NCBI GenBank assembly: GCA_004431415.1
Contig: QPMI01000572.1
Coordinates: 124,001 to 188,000 of the forward strand
Length of the DNA: 64,000 nucleotides
From: Cyanophora paradoxa CCMP329
Lineage: Eukaryota > Plantae > Glaucophyta
Reading direction: 5' to 3'
The position numbers were made by a program, and so were the translations under genes. Below the pieces are notes generated by a model. That model was not told the DNA's origin. It searched no databases and was given only the letters and a program-made list of their open reading frames with translations. Positions 12,226 through 24,900 of the stretch are shown here, one piece after another. Every line of letters starts with the position of its first letter. Position 1 is the stretch's first letter.

Positions 12226-15200
12226 CTAGGGTCCCGAAGCGGAGGCTGCAGCCGCAGCGGAGACCATCAGGGGGTCCTCGCCCTTGGCCGCCCCCGCCTC
12301 CTCGGCGGCCGCCCAGGGCCGCAGCGCGATCTCAACGGGGCCGGCGCCCGCAGCCGGGGTCTCGAGCGCCGCCTCGCCCCCTTCCGCCCCCGACTCGTGG
12401 GCGCCCTTTTCGAGGAGCACGGCGCGCAGCTCCGGCGAGCAGCTCGTCCTGCCGTCGATCTGCCGCAGACGGTTTGATCTGGCATCACCGACAGCAGATC
12501 TAGATCTAGAGGACGTGCGCTTGTATATTAGCAGATGTCTAGATCTATCTATAAATACACGCACGAGGCAGCCCTCGAAGATCTCGTGCATGGCCTCCGA
12601 GATGCGGCGCGCGGGGTACAGCACCGGGAGCGGCCCCACGGGGTTCGTCCGCAGGGCGGACACCTCCACGTCCCACACGTACGCGTACCGGTGCGCCCCC
12701 GCCGCAACGCGGAGGCGCTCACCCTGCAGAAAGAAAGAAGATGAGCAAGCAAGGAAGGCGAGATCCGTGGAAGAAGGAGCGAAGAAGAAGTAATCGAGGC
12801 TCGACTAGACGGCTCGCTAACCTCGGTAAATCTACTTTACTACCCATAAAGAAAATCAGTGGAAGAGGGAGCGCGAAATCCTCACCCCGTGAATCAGGCG
12901 GGCGCAGGAGAGCTCGGGCCAGTCGGAGTACTGCGAGGCGAAGACGGCAGCCTCGCAGCCGACCTCCAGGTCCATCAGGACGAGCAGAGTTTTGCGCCTC
13001 CCGGCTCTCTTGCCCCACTGCTTGTACCGCGAACGCCTCAGCAAAATGTAGCGGGAGTGCGCTCGGCCAGCCTGCCGCGGGGTTGTAAGATTTCGAAGGC
13101 CATGATCGTGACCGGCGCCAATCCAGAAGCCGGACCTCATCGAGGACGAGATCGGCTTCGGGATCGCGAAGTGCTTTCCTATCCCCATCATCACGATCAA
13201 CTTTAGCGGATTCAAGAAAGTTTGCCGCGGAGTATTTCCAGTCAATTCGCTTGAGGACTTTCTTTGTGCTTGCATTTCGGGTCCACAGCTGGGGGACAGC
13301 GAGCGGTTTTTCTCCCACTACGGGCCGAGGTTTCTGAAGTTCTGGGAGGTCCGGGCTGAAGCACAGCTGCTCTTCTCCGTTCTATGAATGCTTGTGAGAA
13401 GCGAACAGATCTAGATGCACACGGAGGTGAAGTATAGAGACGTGCGCATGCCTGACCAGGGAAGGATGCAAGCACCACCATGTCAGTGCGACTGTCACTT
13501 GGCGACTTCTCTCCAACACCGCAAATGACGGCTTCTCGTATCGGTTTCCCCCCGAATACTTCGGATCCGCATATCACGTTGACGATCGCCCGCGAGGCCT
13601 CCTGTTCGAAAGCTTGAGCGCGAGCGATCGCGAGTAATCGACTGCAGCTCCGGTAGCTTAAGTTACCAATAACACAGCAGTTCCAAATTTGGTGTCCTTA
13701 TACATGTCTCGGTCCCTTGCAGAATGGAGATGTGTGAAGCGTTGTTGTTCGAAAAACTTGTGAAGTGATTCGCTCTCTAGGAGCACTCCCAATGATTCCC
13801 CATTCTGAAGATTCCAGATTTCCAGCCCCCTCTGGGTGGGCATGATGATTCTTGCGCCATCCTGGACGCTCGAAATCAGTCGACGTCGTGCGCGTGCGTT
13901 TTGAACCGCTGCTTGCAAAAATTGTACATGTGCATGCGCACCGCCGAAACCGTCATGCATTGATGACGTGCGTGTAGGAGCGTCCGAGAGATATTACTGC
14001 TAGTGCACCACTCGTCGGATTTCGAATCCAAATTCGTAAGTGCAAGCTTCCAAACGTCGCCTGCAGCTTCGTGGCGCAGGGTAATAACCCTGCATCCCTG
14101 CAGAATGGACATAACTAATTATAGCGGTTGCTCGGGTATGCGCAGAACGCTCCCGACGCACGTTCGCGTCAACTGCGCACAGGCAGTCTGCATCCACGTC
14201 GTCGAGACAGCGACCGGTGGAGAAATCCCACACACTCGCTCTCGACTCCGTACCGAATCGGAGTTGGAGGCCGTCCTACATATATACACGGACAACATCA
14301 TGATCAGTGAAGGTTTTGGTTTTCGCAAACGGTTTTGCAAGCGCTGCATTAGAAGGTGTACCTTGGATAAACGCAGCACACGGAGTGCGTTCCCGTGAAA
14401 GCCGCGTCCGACAGGGCGTAGCTGACCGGAAGCTATCGACCAGCCTCGTAGCTCCTTCGCACTAGTTGAGACGACGGATGCGTTTCCCTGCATCATTAGC
14501 ATGAGTCTATGATAATAAGCTGCTACGATATAATTTCAAATAGCCCTACCGGGAGAAAAAGTACTCCCTGTGGGCTCTGGGTTCCTTCCCACCCCACAAA
14601 CCGCTGTGTCTCCAATCCCGAAGCGAGATCCCACACGCTTAGGCAGCCGTCGGCAACGCTGGCAGTGACGGCTCGCGAGCCGTCCTTTTGCATAGACAAG
14701 TCTAAGCTTAAGCACGCGAAAGCAATCAACATACGGGGATCGATATCGGAACGCACTTCAGAGAAGTCAAAGAGGCGACTGTTCAAACGTGCATCTTCTA
14801 CCACAATCCGGCCCACGAGCGCCAAACGGTTCACGTCCCAAAGTGTTAGAACTCCATCATAATCACTAGAATGTCTGTTCACGTGGACATCGACGAGCAA
14901 TGCAAGGCTTCCATCCTGGTCGGTTTCGAGATGAGAACATGGTCGAAAAGCATATACTCGAAGCTCAGCCTGACCTTGCTTAGCCTGAGTGATCGATTGA
15001 TCGATTTGGAATTAGAATCGGCGAAAACGGGGACTTTGTGCTCCCCCCTCTTCGACACTTGCAGCAGGTCGTCAAGTATCTCAAGATCGTATATGTGAAT
15101 GCTCGAGCTCTCCATGTCTGAATTTTTGAGTCTCCATTCCGATGCTAAAAGGCGTTGGCAGTCCTGGAAGGAGTCATATGCATGATCAACATCAGGCAAC

Positions 15201-18200
15201 AGACAGTGGTAAGAGACGGCACCTCCGAAACTGTCATTTGCATAATCGTGTCAGCACCATTGTAGATTGCATTGTAGATTTGAAGTGTGATTGTGTTACC
15301 AACACGGTAAGTCTGGAGAAGACTCTTCTGATTGAGGTCCCAAAGCATCAGAAGCGATCCGGATGTAGCCAGTGCCCGGGATCCATCCTGCATGCGCAGA
15401 GAATGCAGCTTAAACAAAATTCCCAACAGCATTAGCTTCCACACTTTGCAGAACTCACTGGCGTAATCTGCGCGCTTTGTAGGTCTAAAACATGTTTTTT
15501 GTAATCAATTTCAGCCGTCTTTTGTTGTTTATCGATATCCAGAACTCTGAGCATATCGTCGACGAAGATTGCACGGGACTCGTTCTGCATAAAGTTGTGT
15601 GTCATACATCGTCATTTCGTGCCAAAAGGCGAAAGGGACAATACCTGCGACACCGCCAGCAGGCCAAGCATCGACGTCCGTACGAATTCGATATGCCTAA
15701 ATCTTGAATCTCGCCACTCCATAACCTTCTTCTTGCCGCCGGAATCCACCTGGATCTCCCACAATTCATACGTGTATAAACATGCGACTTTCTCGTCTTC
15801 TCCTTCGAATCCAATCTTTTGTTCTTCACTATCCCAATTGCGATATAAAAAATGATTACGTTGTCGACATCGCGCTGTAATAATCAAAATTCTTCTTCCG
15901 TCCTGCATTCGTATATAAAATCAGAGCAGCTTCGACCGCACAATTTGAAGTCGTCGGTGCGTACGGAGAGGCGTGCGACGCCCTTGACAAAGGTCTTGGG
16001 GTGGGACGTGCACCAGAGGGCCGGAGTGGCGATCACAGCGCAGCCATTCAGCTTGGCGCCTCGCAGATCAGCCCCCGCGAGGTTGGCCTCCTGCAGTCCG
16101 CATCCAGTCAGATCAGCGCCCCGCAAGTCCGCCCCAGCCGCCTCCAGCCGCTGCAGATCCGCCCCGGGCATTCTCACGCCCCGCAAATCGCTACCGGCAA
16201 AACTGTACCCCGCTGCGAAGCGCCTGTCAGGTTCTGGTGAAATTCAATCGATTTTCGAACGACTGCTAGGCACCACGATTAAGAATCGTCATCGCATTCG
16301 CCGAAGCGATCAGATCCTGCTTGGCCGCCCTCGGGTCGCGGCTCTGATCCAGGAGCCCAAGCAGTTTCTGCGCAATCGAATGGGCTGGCGCGTGAGCTGA
16401 GAAGCGCTAGCGCTTGAGCTTGTGTGTGCACCGTGCAGTACAATTTATCGCCGCGGCAGCATTCGGCAAGAAATTCCAGAATCTTTGGCTCTCCCGTCAA
16501 AAGTCTGAAATAATGGCAATGAAGACCGAAGATCAAATTTTACAAGTACGGATCGGAGAACGGATCGAATAAGATTGACTTACGTCTTATGGATCAGACC
16601 AGCGCCTGCCGCGGACCAGAAGCTTGCACGTCGCTGACGGCGGACCGAGCCGACGGCAAGCGCGCTCCGAGCAATAGCCTGACAACCATGCCAGTGCGTG
16701 AGCGGTGCACGCGTAACGAGTGCTCAGAGCTCGAGTTGGGCACCTTTTCGAACATCTCCTCGGCAACGAAGTACTCAAGCAGCGTCTGCGTTTACGTGAC
16801 TGTGTAAGCAGCACGAATGATCATGTGTGTCATGCGAATGATCAGCGACACAGCGTACCTTGTGGAGGAACCGAACATGAACAGCTCGAGGCGCGCTAGC
16901 TATAGCCTCGCGATCGTCTCGCCCGCCCTCAGAGGCCCGCGGCTGCCTGCCCGCCGGTGCAGCCTCGGAGATGTGGAGCGGGCAGTGGTCCCTGATGAAG
17001 ACCTCCATGGGGCTGTCCTGGCTCTGCATCAGGTCGATGCACGCCTTCAGCGGGTCTCTGCAGTCGGACTGCTCTCCGCCCTGCTTCGCCCCATCCTCGG
17101 CCAGCACTGCAGCTGCAGCTGCGTAGCGCGGCTTGCGATCGGCACCCTTGGGACGCTGCAATGGGGAGGCAAACTCTGAAATTGAAGCCTGCAATGTTTT
17201 CAATTGCGAGCAAGTTCGAGCAAGCAAGCAGGCAAAAGCAGCTGCAGAGGTTTGAAGCACCTCAAACATAGCAGTAGCCAAGTCCCTGCAAAAGCTGCGC
17301 CCGTACGTCTCGAACTCTTGTTTGTCCCACCCGCTCAGATCTGCAGGCACGCAACTAAACGTGGGAGAGGGCGGCGCAAGCTTATTAATGTAGGCGCATT
17401 CGAAGTTTCCGAGCTCACCGATGCTGAGCTGGGCGCCCTTGTTCCTGACCCGGTCCCACTGTCGCCCGAACCACCCCTCGACGAACGCGTCGTAGAGCTC
17501 GCGGATCGTGAGAAGCGACGTGCACGTGGACGCGTCGATTTCGGCCTTCGAGCTTTCTCTGCGCACGTATATAAATGCAGTCCCCATCAGCGATTTCCGA
17601 TTCACCAACACAGACCTCTGAGAGACGAGCTTCGGCAGCGTGCGGGCGACCATGCTGCCAGCGAAGAATTAGACCGAACTGCTCCAGAAGAATAGGGCGA
17701 GAGGGATTGGGTTGCGCGCTTCAGTGTGAAAGGGTTCTCGATGAGTGCGAGTGTCCCTGGAATGCGCTTGATGTGCGAGAGGTACTCATCAGCTGTCCAG
17801 TTGCAGCTGCGTTCCCGCAACTCCGCAGGCAGCGCCACGAACTGCTTGAGATAATCTTCCACCTGCCAGCAGTGGTCGCGATTAGCGGCTTCAATTCGCG
17901 TTGAAAGCGAGCCAGTTCATTTGAGAGGGCGCAAATGAACCTGTTCAGAGTTGAAGGGGTGCATGCAGACGTGGTCCAGGGGCTCCAGCGCGCCGCTGGG
18001 GTCGCTCGGTGCGAAGAGTTCAGCGTAGCCCCTCTGAGCCGCAAGGAGCGAGCTGCGGCAGGTCACGATGACCGCCGACACCCAGTCGACGAGCTCGTTG
18101 TCGGGCCAGAGGCGCGGCGGCGGCGCATCGCGGGATTCCAGTTCGTCGTACGCATCCAAAAGAAGCACCAGTCCGCGACTGCGCGCATCCGTGACTGGGC

Positions 18201-21200
18201 GCGTCTACGGTTGGCAGCAATGCTTATACGTAAATGGTGCACCTGTCACGGATCTTTGTGAGAGTCGCTTCGGGGACGGACAATGCTCGCGCTGCCGCAG
18301 CGCGCAGACCGCACGCCACAGTCTCTCTGCCGAGTCGCGGGAGCCGGAGCAGGCACGTCACTGGCAGGCGCTGGTCGCCCCGCGGCTGCCGACCGTGCGT
18401 GCGCCGCCACTGCTCGCACGCAAGGCGATGCAGGAAGACAAGGAACGTCGACTTGCTGGATCCGGGCTCGCCCGCGACGAGCAGCGCCCGCGGCGCGCCT
18501 TCGGTCGCTCCGGGCAGCGTGCGGGCGAGGAAGGCCGTCGTGTATGAGAGAATGTCAACGACGTTTCGGAGCTCGGGATCGGTCGTGGCCTTCGGCGGCA
18601 CGTACAGCGCGATGCCGTCGCGCAGGTCGCGTTTGGCGAGCTCCTGCTCTCCGTACTGCGCGCCGGTGAGTGGACGAGATGCGTTCAGGCAGACTCGAGC
18701 TCACGGAGTGAAGGGCGGAGCGGATGACAGTCTCGTTCGGGTCACGGACGAGGCGTGTCACAGCCGTTCTGAGCAGCTCCGACGACGCTTTCGGTGCGTT
18801 CAACCTCAAGCACGCTGATCTCTTGAGCGTGCGTTTCGGCTTGAAACCCGCAGCTTTGAGATCCTTCTCGTTGTCAGTCAAGCGATGGTCTAGATCTCAA
18901 ACAGCAAGAAATCAATTGGACCAGGGTGGTATGCACCTCGATTGACGCCCCGAGGAGCGATGTAGTGGCCTTCAACGCCTCGCCAGCGAAGGGGTCGTCC
19001 TTTTGCGCGAGCTGCTCCAGTCGCTTTGTTGCCGCCTCCGTCGCCTGCCCTCCAACCTCGGACGCTGCGATGCTCGCGAGCGCCTGCACCGCGGCCGTTG
19101 CCGATGCGATGGCTGCCTTGCTCGCAGCCTTCTTCACTTGCGGGGCGGCCGCCGCTGCCAGTGCCGCGTCCGCCAGCGCTCTGGCTACATCGACAGCCGC
19201 AAGCGCCGCCTTCGCGTCGCCACCGAGGGCCTCCACAGCCTGCGCAGGCATTGCGGTCGGGTTGCATGCGGTCGGAGAAATGGAGAAAGAAGAGCTATGC
19301 GAACCGACAAGAGGGCCGCGCAGACGGCGGCGACGAGCTTCGGATGCGCTACGGCGGCCGACGCGCCGCCCATTGCCTCCAGAGCCATCTGCAGCTCCTC
19401 AAGGTGACCCCCCTCCGCAAGCGCCGCAAGCAGCCGCGCCGGACGGTACCTGCACGCGGTCAGATACAAAATACGTTCCGAAATGCTAGCCACGAGGTCC
19501 ACGGCGCACCAGCACTTCTTTCCCTGCGGTGATCCGGCACCTACCAGGCGGCCGAGGTCGGCCCAGAGCTCTTGCACGACAGCCTTGACTCCGAGGTCGC
19601 CGCTCAGAGCGTCCTGCGGGCCTGTTAAAAGCGGCAGCGGCCATAGGATATAATTATATAAAGCACCTTGACAAAGACGGCCAAGTCAATAAGCGTTATC
19701 GCTCCGAAGCTGCTGATGCCTTCCATCACCGTCCGCCCCGCGCTGTACAGCTTTGCGACGATCCGCCCTACGGAACGTCAGCGAGAAGGATGAACTAATG
19801 AAGCTCATGATCAGCTGGGACGCACCAGCCGCCTTTACGCGAGTGAACGCGTCCTGCAGCGGGTCGTAGCTCGAGCGCGCGGCCGCGAGCGCCTGCCGCG
19901 CGACACTCGCCGCCACCTCCGCGCGCCACCAGCCGCAGCCCTCGAAGGCCCTGAGCGACGCCTCCAGCTCCCGCACCGTCCCCTCGTAATCCAGCCGCCC
20001 CGCCCCATCCGCCTCCTGCTCGTCCTCTTCTGCGCCCGGTAGCTCATGATCAGCGTCTCGTGTGGGATCCGGAGTTCAAGCCGCGAACGCACCGGCAGCA
20101 AACGCGGCGCCGTCGCTCTCCGAGTCGAACGCGGCAAGCACCGCCGGCACAAGCTGCAGCGCCGCGAGCGCGTCAACGTCTCCAGGCGCAAGCTTCGGGC
20201 TCAGATCCTTCAGCTGCGCGTAAAGACCAGGCGCAAATTAAATTCGAAAAAGACGAAAACACGTCACATCACTCGCCTGCCGCAAGCAAAAAGCGACGAG
20301 GCGGGACCGTTGCGTCGAGGTCAGCGTCCCCCGCGGCAGCCGCCCGAGCACGTCGACCAGCGCCCCGATCCGAGTCGTAGGAATCGCTTCCAGCACTGTG
20401 CCGTCCCGCAGGCGCAGCAGGACTTCCAGCAGCTGCGCACGCGTGAGACGAGAAAGTCGAGCAGCTGGAGGGAGATCTACGCACACGGGAGCAGAGCTCC
20501 GGGTCGCCCGAGCGGACGACGGCGCATGCCTCCGAGATCTCCTCCGGCCGGTGCCGCTCGCGCTCGCCGAACGCGTCCAGGGCTGCGTCCAGATCAGCCA
20601 AGACCAGCTGGTCATGAGGGACGGGAAGGAGAGTACTCGCACCGTTGAAGCACGCCTCCTGCGCCTCCGCGAGGGCGTCGTCGACGTCGCCCGTGTAGAT
20701 CTCGTTCAGGAGCGGCACTTGCGCCGCGCGCCTCGCGGCCTCCGAGGCGGGTCCCTGCCGCTTCGCCTCCCGCAGCAGGGCGCACAGCCCCGCGAGCTGC
20801 CCGACCGACGAGGCCGTCTCCAGCGACTGGAGATAACGGAGCTCCTCCAGCTCCGCGGCGAACGCCGGCGCGCGCGCGCTCGACGCACTGGGCGCCGGCG
20901 ATGCCGCGGCAGCTGCAGCTGCAGCGCTAGCTGTGACAGCTGCGGGAGGCTTCGATGCCGCCGGCCGCGGGGACGTCGCCGGCGCGGGTGGGGGCTGCTG
21001 CTGCTGCTGGCCATGTGCGGAGGGATGCGCTGGGACCGATCGCGATGTAGACTGGAGCTGGGGCGTCGACGGTGCGCATGCTTGCGCAGGCGTCGTACGC
21101 GTCGCCGCTGCTGGAGCGCTAGCGAGGCTGATCGCTAAGTCCGATGGATCCGCCACCGCGTCGACGTCCTTGGAACTGGCGCCGGCGTGCGCGTCCTGGG

Positions 21201-21387
21201 CCTGCGTCGGCGGGCGCGCGCTCGAGTGCGTCGGCGACGTCGACCGCGGCTGGGTGGTCGCTCCCGCCGCCGCGGCCGCGGGCTTCTGTGCGGCCTGACT
21301 GCTACCTCGCGCTGGAGGCGACTGCAGCTGCTTCGCTGCCGCCTTGCGGCGGTCGCGGGGGCCTTTCTTGCAGCACGCGCTTCCCAT
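12226..21387 (-). CDS. NLR-like STAND protein: acylation motif, helical/ARM-like region, NACHT, pentapeptide repeats, WD40 repeats
   Basis: Starts MGSACCKK (21387). Pre-NACHT YVPPKAT; Walker A-like LLVAGEPGSSKSTF (about 18445-18485); Walker B LVLLLDAYDEL; VIVTCR; NPFTL; ELYDAFVEGWF; RFLHK|TLLEYF; GEPKILEFLAE; ASANAMTILNRAGYSFAGSDLRGVRMPGADL...ADLRGADLTGCGLQEANLAGADLRGAKL. Diverged WD40 exons at about 12600-15960. Terminal cap FEGCL|IDGRTSCSPELRAVLLEKGA. TAG at 12226-12228. Confidence 0.8.
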
Positions 21388-21996
21388 CTTTGCGATGCGA
21401 GGCAGTGCACTACCGGTAGAGCGCAGTAGGACGGCTGATCATGAAGGGCGCAGCAGGACGGCGACTCGGGCGACGCCATGATGGCGAAAACGGAGCGGCG
21501 TGATGGCCGAAGTTGCCGAAAACCCGACCGGCGCAAACCGTACCCCCCCCCCCCCGCCCCCCTTGGCTGCAACTTGCCTGCAACTTAGGTTGCAATTGCA
21601 AGCGCTAGCTATAGCCGGCCGGGCCCGGCGCCGAGGCTCGCTCAGCGGCTGATGATTTCGAAAGCGTATGAGGCGCCGGCGGCGGTACCGCGGGAGCGCG
21701 ACGCGCATAGCTACAGAGAAGTACTAGTACTAGTACACGCGCGCGCGCGGCACGAGCTTGCCCCGGCCCCGCGCGCGCGTGCGCAGCCCCGGGCGGCGCC
21801 GACGCGCGCGCGTGCTCGAGCTCGGCGCTTGCTGCCAAGCATGGCTGTACCTGACTTAAGCTTAGTTCCGGTCCCTTTCCCTCCCCGGCTATCCAGCTAG
21901 AGTCGCCACGGCTCGCGATAGTCGAGATTATTGACGGTACAGAGGCGCCGCGAGGCGGGCGCAGATCTAGAGGCGCCGAGCACCTAGAGGCGCCGC

Positions 21997-24900
21997 CTAG
22001 GGCTCGGTGGAGGTCGGGGGCGCGTGCGCCTCGGGCTCCGCCTCGAATTCGAAGTGGAACCCCAGGCGCCGGCTGCCACGGCGGGGCGCCAGTCAGCGCC
22101 AGCCGGGGCCCGGGGCCCGGGGCCCGGGGGCGGTCTGGAGGGCCTCTGACCTGGACTTGGAGCGGGAGCCGCCGTCCCCGTACGTCTCGTTCCACGTCCG
22201 CAGCTGCGGAGGGGTACAGGTGAGAGACGGCGCGCGGGCCCCGGGGGGCGGGGGCACCTGATCCAGCGTGCCGCCGTCGTTGCTCACCGAGGCGCTCACC
22301 TGCCGCGCGGCCTCAGAAAGGGGTACGCGAGCACCGGGAGGGGTACGGGGCACCTCCATGAGGCCCTTCCGGAAGTCGTCGAGGCAGATGGGCCGCAGCG
22401 GGGGGGTAGGCCGCTCGCTGCCCGGCGCTCAGGGGGTACGCCGCGAAGGGCGAAAAAAAGGAAGGGGCTGTACCCGTCGTCGTCCTCCACGAGCGGCCAC
22501 GAAGGCGCCGGCTGCCGAAAGGGTCAGAACGGGCAGATCGGAAGCCATCGAGGGCCTTGCTCGCCTGGGCGGCGCCGCCGGCCGCGGCGGCCGCCTCCGC
22601 CTCGGCCGCCTCGGCGCGGAGGTAGTCGCGGATGGGCTGGTACGCCGCCGAGATGCACCTGCGCGGGAGCGGGCGCCGGCTCGGGCCGGCCCCGGCGGGG
22701 CGGGGCTGCGGGGGGTACGGGCGCCGCACAGGTTCTTGAGGTCGCTGCCGGAGTAGCCCTTCGTCATCCTGCGGCGCCCTGTCAGAGACGGGGGGGGGGG
22801 GGGAGGGGGATGGGCCGGGGGGTACGAGCGCGCCGGGCGATCTCGTCGAAGGAGACGTCGGCGGCGAGCTCCTCCGCCGCCAGAATCACCTGAGCGCGCG
22901 TCGGGGGGGAGGGGGGGAGGAGGGGGAGGGGGCGGGGCGGACGCGGAGGATCTTGGCGCGGTTCTCCGCGTCCGGCAGGTCCACTGCGCCCCGCCCGCTC
23001 GAGGGGGCGGGAGGGGGAGGGGGGTACGGGGCGGACCGAAGAAGCGGCGGGAGAAGCGGCGGAGGACGGCCTCGTCGAGGTCGAAGGGCCTTGGGGGGGG
23101 GGGGGAGTTAGAGGCCGGAGGGGGCGGGGGAGAGGGGGAGGCGGGGGCACCGGTTGGTGGCGGCGAGGACGAGGATGCGCTCCGACTCGCGGCTCCGCAG
23201 CCCGTCCCACAGGCTCATCCTGCCGCCGGGGCCGGTCAGGCGGGGCGGGCAGGCGGGGCGGGCGGGGCGGGCGTGAGGGGGCTGGGGCGGACAGCTCGTT
23301 TTTGACGGAGCGCGAGCTCTCGAAGTCGCGCTCCCCGCGCCGCCCCATCATGCTGTGCCCCGCCGCCCGGCTCAGAAGGGCAGGGAACGCGCAGGGGGCG
23401 GAGGCAACAAGGGCGCGCCTGTCGACCTCGTCGATGAAGATGACGGTGGGGGCCATGCGCGACGCCAGGCTGAAGAGCGCCCGCACCAGCCTGGCCCGGG
23501 ATCAGGGCCCCGCAAAACAAGACTCCTGTCCAGGGGGGTACGCGCACTTCTCGGACTCGCCGAAGAACTTGGAGTTGATGGAGGAGTGGGAGACGGCGAG
23601 GAAGGCCGCCCCCGCCTCCGTCGCCACCGCCTGCGCCCCGGGGTTAAAAGGGGGGGGGGGGGGGGGGGCGAAGGGAAGAGGTGAGGGGGTAGGGGCACCT
23701 TGGCGAGCATGGTCTTGCCCGTGCCCGGTGGCCCGAAGAGCAGCACGCCCTGCGACACGAGCAAGTCAGAATGAGGGGGAGGGGAAGGGGAGGGGTAGGG
23801 GATGCGGGCGCCTTTGTGGGCCGCGTGAGGTTGCCGCGCCGGAAGAGCTCGGGCCGCCTGAGGGGCAGCATCACCAGCTCCTTCAGCGACTCCTTCACTC
23901 CTGCCCGGGGGGTAAGCGAAGGGGGGGGGAAGAGAGGGGGGTACGGCACCGTCGAGGGCCCCGATGTCCTCGAAGCGGACGTTGATCTCGTGGGGGGGTA
24001 TGACCTCCGACATGAGCGCCGCCTGCGGGCGCGGGAGCGCTCGGACGCGGGGCGCCGGGGGGTACGGAGGGCGGGGCACCTCGTGCTCGTTCTTGGGCCC
24101 CTCGCGGAGGACGGCGGCGGCGCGGGAGAGGGGCGGCTCGAGGGCGGCCGGCGGGCTCCCCGGCCCCTCCGAGGCGAGGCCGGCCATGCGGAGGGCCCAG
24201 CGTAGCGAGGCGGCCCGGATGCGGGGCGGGGCGGGGCCGGCGGGGGCCCCGGCCCCGGCGCGGCGGCGGGGCGGCGGGGCGGTGGCGGCGTGGTGGGCGA
24301 GGGCGTAGGCGGCGACGCGCTCGGCGGCCTGCACGCTCAGCTCGTGCAGCCGCAGCGACGGGAACTCGGACAGCGAGGCCGGCGGGGAGGAAGAGGACGA
24401 GGAGGGGCCGGGGCGGGGACGAGGAGGAGGAGGTCGAAGGGGCGGGGGCCGCGGAGGAGGGGGCGGGGCGGCGGGGCGGGCGGAGGTCGAGGCGGGCGCC
24501 GGTGCGGCCGAGGACGCGCGCCAGCAGCTCCTGGTTCGCCGCCGCCGTCGCCCGGCCCCGCTCCGCCTCCACCGCCCGGTTCCACCGGTCCATCTGGGGG
24601 GGGGGGGGTCGAGGGGGGTACGCGCATGTTAAGGTGCTCGAGCCGGCGGATTCGAACCAGGAGCGAGTCGTGGAGGGGAGGAGTGATGTAGACGAGCGAG
24701 GGGAAGGCCCGCGAGAGGTCCTCCTGGGGGGTACGGGTTGGTTCGAGGGGGGTACGACGGAATCGAAGGGGGGGGGAGGAGGGAGGGGCACCGCGGCGGG
24801 GCTGGAGGAGCCGAGGGGGCGGGAGAGGCTGTCGAGGCGGGACTTGGGGAGGCCCGAGGTCACGCCCTGCGGGGGGGGTTGAGGGGGGGAGGAAGCGGGG

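Noticed and set aside
13658-13660. Apparent premature stop making the NACHT-WD40 gene a pseudogene
   Set aside because: The TAA lies inside the predicted phase-0 intron 13602-13666; other apparent stops in this region also fall in introns.
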